From positions 2,816,001 through 2,880,000 of the forward strand of contig OY771587.1 in the NCBI GenBank assembly GCA_963674825.1: 64,000 bases of DNA. Reading direction: 5' to 3'. Numbering within the stretch: the stretch's first letter is position 1; every line of letters begins with the position of its first letter. The DNA is from Candidatus Cloacimonadales bacterium. Lineage in GTDB: Bacteria > Cloacimonadota > Cloacimonadia > Cloacimonadales > JAIOQZ01. Under the pieces are notes generated by a model, which was not told the origin of the DNA, did not search any database, and saw only the letters and a list, made by a program, of their open reading frames with translations. Made by a program: the position numbers and the translations under genes. Of the stretch, positions 56,816-64,000 are shown piece after piece.

Positions 56816-59464
56816 TCATAGGTCGCTCCTAATCAACGTACCTTCTTCAGCCTTCTCGCTTACGATGACGGGGTCGGCCAGCGAGAGCACACCGTTGGCG
56901 GAGATGTGGTTGTGTATGCTCAGTTCCTTATCGCGCAGCTCGCGGCGCAGCAGACGGTTCTCCGATATCAGGTCGTCCACCCGCTCTATCAGTGTGGAGA
57001 GTACGTTACTCGAAGGAACGCTACCGCCTCCAGAGAACGCGAACGACGGCGTCGCGGGAACCGGGATGTCAGGTATCAACACGCTGCCGAGGGTCTTGCG
57101 GACGGCCTCCAGCGGTGCGTAGTTGAGGTAGTGGAAGAACTTCGCTCCCAGCTCTCGCACACGCTGTTTGCGCGTGATGTACTCGTCGCCCTCGGCCTCG
57201 ATGAGGATGCCGCCGCCGGAGTGACTCGGCCCCGTGAGAAGCCCGCCCTGCGCCGCTTCCTGATACTTCTGCTTCGAAATCGTGTGGACGTTGGCTAGGC
57301 CGGCCGCAATCGCCGCTGCGGCGGCTGCAGCCCCCAGCGCGGGGCCAATAACGGGCAGTCCCGCCATCGACTTGAACGCCGCTACAGCCGACGAGTAGGT
57401 GTCGACCATCGCCTGCGCCATGGCCATTGCCTTCCACGCCGCGAAGCCCTTTTTGCCAAAGGCTTGAGCGGCTTTCGCGATATTGCCGAACATGCCGGAA
57501 AAGCCCTGCGCCGCCTTGAATTGGTACTTCTCGCGGATGCGCTGCTTGGCCGCTTCGGCCTGCTCGGTGATCTGCTCCTCGGAAATCCCGGCCTGCAGAA
57601 GCTTTGTTCGTTTGCGGTCGTAGTAAGCGTCGACAGCGGCCAGCTCGCTTTCATAGGACTGCAATGCCAGGTCGTCGCCGCGCGAAAGGAACTCTTCGCG
57701 GATGGCTTCAATCTCCTGCTCGTGTTGCTGCCTGCGAGCGCGTTTCTCTTCGTCCTCGGTCTCCTGTTGGCGTGCCTGCTCTTCGCGTAACCGCTTCTCC
57801 TCATTGGCGTAGTAGGCGCGGATGTTCTGAAGCGTCTCCTCGCCAGCCTGCAGGGACTCGGCGCGCTTCAACTCGGTGTCACGTTCTGCGGCGAGTTGGG
57901 CGATCTTGCGTTCGAGCACGTCCTCGATGGCCAGCAGGGCGTACTGCCGTTGCACCTCCAGTCGCTGGTTTGTCTCCTCCTCGATGGCGTCCGAGAGCTG
58001 CTTTTCGAGCCGCTGCCAGCGTTGATAAGCAGCGAGCTTGTCGTCTACGTTCGCGGCGTCGACCTCACGGATTTCCTCATAGGCGGCCTTGGCCTGCTTG
58101 ATGCGGTAGCGCAGGAGCCGCACGCCCTCGTAGGTCTGTTCGCGCTCAATCCTGAGTTTTCCCGCATGGTACTCCTCGATCGCGCGCATATCGTCGTCGA
58201 AGAGCCGTTTGCGCAGCGCGGTGCGTCGCGCCATTAACTCCCGCTCTTCCTCGAACGCCTGCCACGCTTCGTCCTGCGTCGCGTTGCTCTTGATGGCTTC
58301 ATCATACTTCGCTCTGGCGGCGAGAATGGCGTCGGTGATGGTCTCGAACTCGCTCTTCGCTTGATCGTAGCTGAGTTCATCCACTTCCTTGCGACTCTCG
58401 GACACCAGCTCGCTGAAACTGGTCATCTCCGCAATCAGCTCGTCGAGCTTCTGCCGCGCCTCTTCCGCCTGTCGCTTGTAGCGTTCCAGCGATTCCTCGG
58501 CGTTGCGGGTCTCGGACGCGCTGGAGGCGAACGCGAAACCCGCCGCAGTCGCTCCTGCAGCCAGCAGACTCATAACGCCCACGACGGGATTGATGGCGGC
58601 TTTGAGGGCAATAACGACGGTGGTGAGAACGGTGATGGCAGTGGTGACCGCCCCGATGACGGGTATGGCGACGACCAGTCCGGTCACGAAGCCCTTGACC
58701 GCCGGTGTAAGCTGGTTGTACCACTCGAACAGGCTGCGGATGCCCCTGAGAAGCGGCTCGATGAGCACATTGAGCATGTCGCCGATCTGCTCCTTGATGT
58801 CGCCCCACGCATTCGCGTTCTGCAAGCGCAGGTCAGCCAGTGCCTCCGAGACGCCGCCGTAGTCGCCTGCGAGCTTCTCGACGAGGTAACTCACGCCTTC
58901 CTGCTGGATGCGGCTTTTGTCGAGCTCCACGCCGTACTCGCGCAGGGAGTCCGTGTAACCGTTCACCGCGCGTCCCATGAGCGAAAACGCCGACGAGACG
59001 GTCATGCCGGTGGATGCGTTGGCGTCGGCGAAGTCGAGGATATACGGGGTGATGGCCTGCACCTCGTCGGTGGTCATCTTGAAGGTCTGGCGCATCTTGG
59101 CCATGAGGGGCAATAGCTCCTCGTCGCCGTGGTTTGTCACCGCCTGCATGCGCGACGCAAACTCCTGCATCGATTCCGATTGCTCGCCGAACGCGATGTT
59201 GGTCAGCGTGACCGCCTGCCGCTGTTTCAGCGAAGCGTTGAGCAGGTCGTTCGCCTGATTGACCACGCCATCGATGACCGACTTCAGCGAGGACAGGTTC
59301 AGCATCACGTCGCGGATGACGCCCAGCGCGGCCTGCGCATCGAGCTTCAGCGACTTCGGCTCCTCCGCCTTCTGCTTCAGGTCGTCGACCTGCGCCTCGA
59401 CGTCGGTGACAGCCGCCTTCGCGTCGCCCTTCTCGATGATGATGCGGAACCGAAGCGAGGCCAT
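56816..59464 (-). CDS. Phage tail tape measure protein
   Basis: About 880 aa, Ala-rich and helical with a long coiled coil and hydrophobic stretches; WGDIKEQIG and GGLLTGPSHSGGGILIEAEGDEYI motifs; start at ATG 59464. Confidence 0.88.
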   Translation of the reverse strand: MASLRFRIIIEKGDAKAAVTDVEAQVDDLKQKAEEPKSLKLDAQAALGVIRDVMLNLSSLKSVIDGVVNQANDLLNASLKQRQAVTLTNIAFGEQSESMQEFASRMQAVTNHGDEELLPLMAKMRQTFKMTTDEVQAITPYILDFADANASTGMTVSSAFSLMGRAVNGYTDSLREYGVELDKSRIQQEGVSYLVEKLAGDYGGVSEALADLRLQNANAWGDIKEQIGDMLNVLIEPLLRGIRSLFEWYNQLTPAVKGFVTGLVVAIPVIGAVTTAITVLTTVVIALKAAINPVVGVMSLLAAGATAAGFAFASSASETRNAEESLERYKRQAEEARQKLDELIAEMTSFSELVSESRKEVDELSYDQAKSEFETITDAILAARAKYDEAIKSNATQDEAWQAFEEERELMARRTALRKRLFDDDMRAIEEYHAGKLRIEREQTYEGVRLLRYRIKQAKAAYEEIREVDAANVDDKLAAYQRWQRLEKQLSDAIEEETNQRLEVQRQYALLAIEDVLERKIAQLAAERDTELKRAESLQAGEETLQNIRAYYANEEKRLREEQARQQETEDEEKRARRQQHEQEIEAIREEFLSRGDDLALQSYESELAAVDAYYDRKRTKLLQAGISEEQITEQAEAAKQRIREKYQFKAAQGFSGMFGNIAKAAQAFGKKGFAAWKAMAMAQAMVDTYSSAVAAFKSMAGLPVIGPALGAAAAAAAIAAGLANVHTISKQKYQEAAQGGLLTGPSHSGGGILIEAEGDEYITRKQRVRELGAKFFHYLNYAPLEAVRKTLGSVLIPDIPVPATPSFAFSGGGSVPSSNVLSTLIERVDDLISENRLLRRELRDKELSIHNHISANGVLSLADPVIVSEKAEEGTLIRSDL

Positions 59465-59478
59465 TACATGACCTCGCA

Positions 59479-59585
59479 AATGATGAAGGAGAAATGAGGA
59501 TTGATGAATGGCAAGAGACTGTGCGGTCTCGCGTTACCGTTCATTCCTAATTCATAATTCATAATTCATCATTCATAATTCCGTA
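59479..59585. repeat. Inverted heptamer-repeat hairpin (TTCATAA type)
   Basis: AATGATG AAGGAGA AATGAGG ATTGATG - inner GAGAC/GTCTC stem - TTCCTAA TTCATAA TTCATAA TTCATCA TTCATAA TTCCGTA. Confidence 0.8.
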
Positions 59586-60136
59586 TGAGGATTTCAGAGC
59601 TTTCGCGGTTCGTCCCAGACACCGAGTATCGCGTGTTCACCACGTCGATCGTGAAGCCTTTGTACAGCTCGCGGATGACAGGGTGGTCGTTGTAGCTCAG
59701 GAGCCACTTGCCTTGCACCTCGCGCAGCAGCTTGGCCAGCTCCTCATGCTGGTCGAACGCCGCCACCTTGTCGCGCTCGTAGAGCATCTCACGCTCGTAG
59801 TACGGCGCGTTCGAGGTCGGTGCGCGACTCGCTGTCGAGAAACTCGTGGAACAGCTCTCGCGATGCCAGAAGCCTGTCCAACTCCGCCTTCAGCGCGGCC
59901 GGATGGTGCTTCACGTGCCGCCAGAAGTTCACCAATTCGCCGTTGATGTCGTTGAGGATTTCGCGGTACTTCTGGCCCTTCGACGCCTGCCATTCCTTGT
60001 GGTCGCGCGACTTGGCGAAGAGTATCCACGCCGCGCCGGCAAAGGGCTCGCAGTAGGTGTCGTGCTTGGGGATGAGCGGCAGGATCGCCTTGCGCAGCAG
60101 CCGCTTGCCGCCCACCCATCCGATAACGCTATTCAT
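59569..60136 (-). pseudogene. Dam-like DNA adenine methyltransferase with an internal deletion and frameshift
   Basis: The N-part (WVGGK, EPFAG, NDIN) ends at TDLERA; a different frame resumes at PYYE..WLLSYND..EILIRNY. The middle, including DP of DPPY, is missing. Confidence 0.85.
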
Positions 60137-60890
60137 CTGATACCTCGTAGTTTGCGATGATGACTTCGGCGAACATGCTCTCGCCCTGCATCCGATTGAT
60201 GCCCTTGACCCGGCTGACCGGAATGATGCTGTATCCGGCGTACAACTCGCGCACCTCGGGGCAGTCGTCGTAACTCAGCAGCCAGCGGCCTTTCACACTC
60301 TTGAGCACGTCCCGAAGCCGCTCGTGGTCGAAGTGTCTGGCGTTCGCATACGTCGTTCCGTGGACGTAGGGCGGGTCGCAGTAGAAAAACACGCCGGGCC
60401 GGTCGTAGAATGCGATCAGCTCCTCGTACGGCAGGCGTTCGATGGTCACCTTGTCGAGTCGCTTGCTGAGGGCGTGGACGCGCTCCAGCTTGCGTTGCAT
60501 GCTGCTGGGACCGGACGTGGACGCCCTGCCGAAGTGCTCGCCCTTGCCGCCGAACGAACGGGTGATGATGTAGAGGAATCGCGCGGCGCGTTGCAGCTCG
60601 GTCAGTCCGGGTTGATCGACCAGTTCGTCGAAGAGACTCCTGCTCGCTGGCATCAGCTCCAACTCCTTCACGAGCGCGTCGGGATGGAACTTCACCTGCA
60701 GGAACAGGTTCGTGAGCCGCGCGTCGAGGTCGTTGTACACCTCGAGACGGGCCCAGCGGTCGCGGTGGAAGAGCACCCAACCCGCGCCGCCGAACGGCTC
60801 CACGTAGCCGGTGATGTCGTCCGGCACCAGCGCGCCAATCTTCTTGCGCAGCAGCTTCTTGCCGCCGATCCATGTGATCAGACTATCCAT
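60129..60890 (-). CDS. Dam-like (D12 class) N6-adenine DNA methyltransferase
   Basis: WIGGKK, YVEPFGG, YNDLD, YCDPPY, WLLSYDD and EVIIANY motifs. Confidence 0.92.
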   Translation of the reverse strand: MDSLITWIGGKKLLRKKIGALVPDDITGYVEPFGGAGWVLFHRDRWARLEVYNDLDARLTNLFLQVKFHPDALVKELELMPASRSLFDELVDQPGLTELQRAARFLYIITRSFGGKGEHFGRASTSGPSSMQRKLERVHALSKRLDKVTIERLPYEELIAFYDRPGVFFYCDPPYVHGTTYANARHFDHERLRDVLKSVKGRWLLSYDDCPEVRELYAGYSIIPVSRVKGINRMQGESMFAEVIIANYEVSDE

Positions 60891-61101
60891 GTTGTTTCCT
60901 TGTTGTTTCGATGGCGAGGCAGTAGCGGAGGTAGAGTTCGGGCAGGCTCAACTCGCGGAAGTCGGCCTGCGTGAACCCCGCTCCGCGCAGGGCCATCTCG
61001 AGCCGTTCTATGCTGTCCCCGCTTCGACTTGCGCCGTGTAGCCCAAACCTGCGAGCAAGGGCTGAAACGCGCGCCAACTGCCTCTGACAGCCGAGAAAAA
61101 A
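60883..61101 (-). CDS. Frameshift extension of the tail assembly chaperone (gpGT-like)
   Basis: The -1 frame is open from the T TTT TTC site (61101-61095) to the stop at 60883; ends ..FRELSLPELYLRY.. Confidence 0.7.
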   Translation of the reverse strand, partial: FFLGCQRQLARVSALARRFGLHGASRSGDSIERLEMALRGAGFTQADFRELSLPELYLRYCLAIETTRKQHG

Positions 61102-61331
61102 GCCGTGAACGCCTCCGCCGCCTGCTCGGGGCCGATGTCCTCGGGCTCGCGCTCTGTAAGGATGCGCAGGATGTCGATATCGACCTGCGACTCCTCGAGC
61201 AAGTCCAGGAAGCCGACCTCGCTCAGTTCCAGCACGTTTCCGGCGAGCAGATCGGTCAGCCTGTCGCGCAGGTTTTCATTGCAAAGCAGCGTCGAGAGCA
61301 CCTTGCGGAAGGTCGCGTAGGATATGTCCAT
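61008..61331 (-). CDS. Putative tail assembly chaperone (gpG-like)
   Basis: 107-aa acidic helical ORF between tail tube and tape measure genes, with in-frame GCT TTT TTC slippery site. Confidence 0.7.
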   Translation of the reverse strand: MDISYATFRKVLSTLLCNENLRDRLTDLLAGNVLELSEVGFLDLLEESQVDIDILRILTEREPEDIGPEQAAEAFTAFFSAVRGSWRAFQPLLAGLGYTAQVEAGTA

Positions 61332-61531
61332 TACGCCCCCAGAAAGGTTTTCACGGCGACGCCGATCAGCAGGAAAAACTGGCTGACGGTGAGGCTCGTG
61401 AGCAGCTTCAGGTTGGTTTCCAGACGCGCGATGCGGGTGACCATAGAGCGGCTCGAATCGCCGTTGCCATAGACCTCCTTGTGCACGTCCGAGATCTTCT
61501 TGCGAACTTCAGGATCGCATTTGCATTCCAT
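61331..61531 (-). CDS. Small phage protein with coiled coil and C-terminal TM helix (holin/XhlA-like)
   Basis: YGNG..MVTRIARLE followed by a hydrophobic C-terminus. Confidence 0.55.
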   Translation of the reverse strand: MECKCDPEVRKKISDVHKEVYGNGDSSRSMVTRIARLETNLKLLTSLTVSQFFLLIGVAVKTFLGA

Positions 61532-61539
61532 TGTTTCTC

Positions 61540-62085
61540 CTATTCAGCGGGCACAGGTATCTTGTTTAAGAAGCTGACCTTACCGCTGGTCTTGCCGGTG
61601 AACTCGGTCGTCACCTCTTGCGTGTACAGACCGTCCGCCTCGCCGCTCCAGTCGACCGTCCAGCGGCAGCCGTTGATGAGGACGGCCTGTGTTTTGTCCT
61701 TCGAGACCGCGACCAGCGTGATCTGCGCCATCCCCGCGCTCTGCTCCTCGAGCCAGTTCTTCTTGTCTTCGTTGATGCCCACGATCGTGACGGTCACGAC
61801 GTTGGTTCGCTTGCCCTCGATCTGGTAGTGCCGGGTCTTGAGCTTCTCCGTCTTCGACTCGACCTTGAACGGTTTCTCGGCCAGTTCACCGAGCTCCTCG
61901 AAGTTCGTGCTCAGCTCGGTCTCCATCGACGCCTGACTCGCGAACATCGCGGTGATTTCGCTCTCCGTCAGCTCGCCGACCCCGACGTGGACGTTGTACA
62001 CGTCCACGCCGCCGATCTGGTTGAGCAGGTTCGCGAGGTCGCCGGTGCTCATGCCGGTGGGTAGGGTGGGTTTTTCTACGGGCAT
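61540..62085 (-). CDS. Putative major tail (tube) protein
   Basis: 181 aa, beta-rich, FEELGEL.. motif, upstream of the chaperone; assignment is mainly positional. Confidence 0.55.
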   Translation of the reverse strand: MPVEKPTLPTGMSTGDLANLLNQIGGVDVYNVHVGVGELTESEITAMFASQASMETELSTNFEELGELAEKPFKVESKTEKLKTRHYQIEGKRTNVVTVTIVGINEDKKNWLEEQSAGMAQITLVAVSKDKTQAVLINGCRWTVDWSGEADGLYTQEVTTEFTGKTSGKVSFLNKIPVPAE

Positions 62086-62094
62086 GACCGCTCC

Positions 62095-62295
62095 CTACGC
62101 GCGTTTGACGATGTTGTCGCAGTGCGCGAGGATGAAGCCGACGATGGCTTCCTTGAACTCGCGGAACTTGGCCACGAAGGCGTCGTCGATGGTGTTTTCG
62201 CTACGCTTCGCGAGCGCTTCGAGCGCGCTGATGACGGCGTCCACGATCGGCTCTGCGAGGGCCTTGATCGCCTGTTTGAGTATCCATTTCCACAT
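62095..62295 (-). CDS. Small amphipathic phage protein
   Basis: LEALAKRSENTIDDAFV motif; AAGGAGG RBS. Confidence 0.6.
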   Translation of the reverse strand: MWKWILKQAIKALAEPIVDAVISALEALAKRSENTIDDAFVAKFREFKEAIVGFILAHCDNIVKRA

Positions 62296-62311
62296 AGTGT
62301 CCTCCTTAGGG

Positions 62312-64000
62312 TTAGTCGGTGAGTTGGTAGAATTTGACGAAGCCGGGGACGTAGGTGATGCCGGGCCGGATGCGGATGTACCAGTGGTATTTCCAGTCCG
62401 AGCCGTGGTGCTCGACCTTGAGTTCGGCGTCGGTGCGGTAGCCGATGATGATGAACTTGGTCAGGCCGCAGACGATGTAGTTGTCGGGGAGCAGGCGCGC
62501 CTTTACGGGGATGCCGCTGAAGCTGACCTTGCCGCCCTCGAGCAGCAGCTTGTCGCCCTTGTTGGTCTCGCGCTGGCCCAGCTCGGTGCGGATGCGAATC
62601 AGATCCTTGTGGCTCACGTAGATGCGGAAGGATTCCTGCTCTTCCAGCATCTCGTCCGTGAAGCCAAGCAGCACCTGCTCGAAGCGTTCGGTCCACTCGT
62701 CGTAGGTTGTCGGACTGATGGCGGTGATGTCGGTGCCGTCGGTGGCAAGCTTCACGAGACCGTTGAGGGCCTTCAGCTTGGCGGTGGCGGATGCGCGGTC
62801 ACCCTTGAACATCAGCAGGCGCATGGCCTTCTCGGTCTTGCGCGCGATGTGCTGCTCGACGTAGGCTCCGAAGGCGTCCTCGCCGTATTTGTCCTTGTAG
62901 AACTCGACGACGTCGCGTCCGAGGGTGAACTCGGCCATCAGGATGCCGGTCGGGCAGGACAGGTCAGCGGTCGCCACGTCCTGCGCGGAGAGCGTGCCGT
63001 CCAGCGAGTTATGGAAGATCAGGTCTTCGATGAGACCCACGTCGATTTTTTCGTCCTTGAGCAGCGGGATGACGGAGATGTCGGTGAGGGTGTCGCCGGG
63101 CTTGCTGCCGATGACCTCGTCGATGAACAGGCTCGTGTTGTTGGGCGTCAGGATGCTCATCGCTTTGCCGGAATCGACGTCCGCGATGCCCTTGTAGATC
63201 TCGCGGTGCGCGGCCTTCACCAGCACTTTCTCGCCGTTGACGATCACCTCGCGGTCGCCGCCGTCGGCGTCAGGTTCGCCCTGAATGCTCTTGCTGATGG
63301 CGCGGCTCATCGTGCTCGAAAGGCTGTCGAGGCTCTTCTCGATGGACTTCACGGCCTCGCGCAGACCGCCGTCGTCGATGCCGCTCTCCAGCCTCGAAAC
63401 CTTGCTCTCCAGCTCGTCGATGGCGGACTCAAGCTCCGCTTCGCGGTCGGCGTCCTTGAGCGACTTCTGCAGGTCGCGTAGTCCCGCAATCTCGTCGCGG
63501 ATAGCCTTGAGCGTCTCGTTTGTGCTGTTGTAGTCGTCGGCGCGGCCATAGATCGAGACGCCGTTGAAGTCACCCTTTTCGACCTTTTTCCACAGCGCGG
63601 AGTCGAGGTCGTTGCACTTCAAAACCTGCACCCATGCACCGACGCCGGTGTCGGGAAAGTGCACCTTGTCCTCGGTCTTGAGGATGTAGTTCTCGGCCAC
63701 GGAGAAGTCGTCGATCGGGTGGTTGTTGTGGTTGATGTCGTTGCGACCGACCATGCCGTGCTTGCTGAAGTGGTCGCAGGCTTTCTGGATTTCTTCGGCG
63801 GTGTAGAAATCGCCCTGCGCGTCCTTCACGTCCGGCTCCATCAGGGTCACGAACAGCCGCCCCTGACGCCCCTTCGTCTCGCTCTTGAACTTCACGGACG
63901 AGCCGCGAACCTTGTAGCTCTTGCCGGTGGCGGACTTCACCACGAAGCCCTTCTGGTTGGCGGGATTCATGTCGTCGAAGAGCAGTGAAACGAGCTCCAC
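62312..64000 (-). CDS. Fused prohead protease (XkdF-like), scaffold and major capsid protein; 5' end beyond the window
   Basis: ELVSL..PAN..F, EPDVKDAQGD..EEIQKAC..F..INH..ENY..GAWV..W..V..G.FNGVSIYG protease motifs, a coiled-coil linker, then a capsid-like region (LMFKGD..LKALNGLVK). Confidence 0.75.
   Translation of the reverse strand: MELVSLLFDDMNPANQKGFVVKSATGKSYKVRGSSVKFKSETKGRQGRLFVTLMEPDVKDAQGDFYTAEEIQKACDHFSKHGMVGRNDINHNNHPIDDFSVAENYILKTEDKVHFPDTGVGAWVQVLKCNDLDSALWKKVEKGDFNGVSIYGRADDYNSTNETLKAIRDEIAGLRDLQKSLKDADREAELESAIDELESKVSRLESGIDDGGLREAVKSIEKSLDSLSSTMSRAISKSIQGEPDADGGDREVIVNGEKVLVKAAHREIYKGIADVDSGKAMSILTPNNTSLFIDEVIGSKPGDTLTDISVIPLLKDEKIDVGLIEDLIFHNSLDGTLSAQDVATADLSCPTGILMAEFTLGRDVVEFYKDKYGEDAFGAYVEQHIARKTEKAMRLLMFKGDRASATAKLKALNGLVKLATDGTDITAISPTTYDEWTERFEQVLLGFTDEMLEEQESFRIYVSHKDLIRIRTELGQRETNKGDKLLLEGGKVSFSGIPVKARLLPDNYIVCGLTKFIIIGYRTDAELKVEHHGSDWKYHWYIRIRPGITYVPGFVKFYQLTD

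Larger units (their letters stand above)
52687..64000 (-). mobile_element. Prophage late-gene arm with a Mu-like terminus; continues beyond the window
   Basis: Co-oriented capsid, tail, tape measure and methylase genes; visible GC increase; repeat array starting at TG 52687. Confidence 0.85.

Noticed and set aside
59569..60136. Programmed frameshift producing a full second methylase
   Set aside because: About 70 codons including half of DPPY are physically missing, and there is no slippery site at the junction.
61952..63481. Long plus-strand ORFs in the prophage (509 aa here, 368 aa at 55650)
   Set aside because: They are antisense shadows of GC-rich real genes, with no motifs or RBS.

Overview
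Bacterial chromosomal window, probably from an anaerobe of the Cloacimonadota or a related FCB-group lineage. This is inferred from four secreted proteins with FlgD-Ig/T9SS-like C-terminal sorting domains, a C25 peptidase, buk/ackA and a class II RNR. Positions 1-52.7 kb hold mostly housekeeping and accessory genes: dnaG, mutS2, rpsU, buk, purN, aspS, nrdJ, lon, ackA, mtaB, topB, cobB, a DUF134/MinD-ferredoxin/NifB-X operon, an ECF sigma module, a GNAT cluster, tRNA-His, a cluster of secreted CTD proteins and a YtrA-like GntR/ABC operon. REP-like palindromes and a truncated SPASM remnant are scattered through this part. From about 52,687 to the right edge lies a visibly more GC-rich prophage late operon on the minus strand. 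It contains a protease-capsid fusion, a putative tail tube, a tail chaperone with a -1 frameshift site, two Dam-like methylases (one broken by an internal deletion) wedged before the tape measure gene, and tail tip and small fibre genes. The most notable signals are: (i) an array of about 9 GT(A/C)TCA-N6-7-TGGCAA sites starting with three at exact 22-bp spacing behind a terminal TG, laid out like a phage Mu end and suggesting a transposable siphophage with a non-Mu head module; and (ii) two different heptamer-repeat hairpins bracketing the tape measure gene. All calls come from reading the sequence; no database searches were run.
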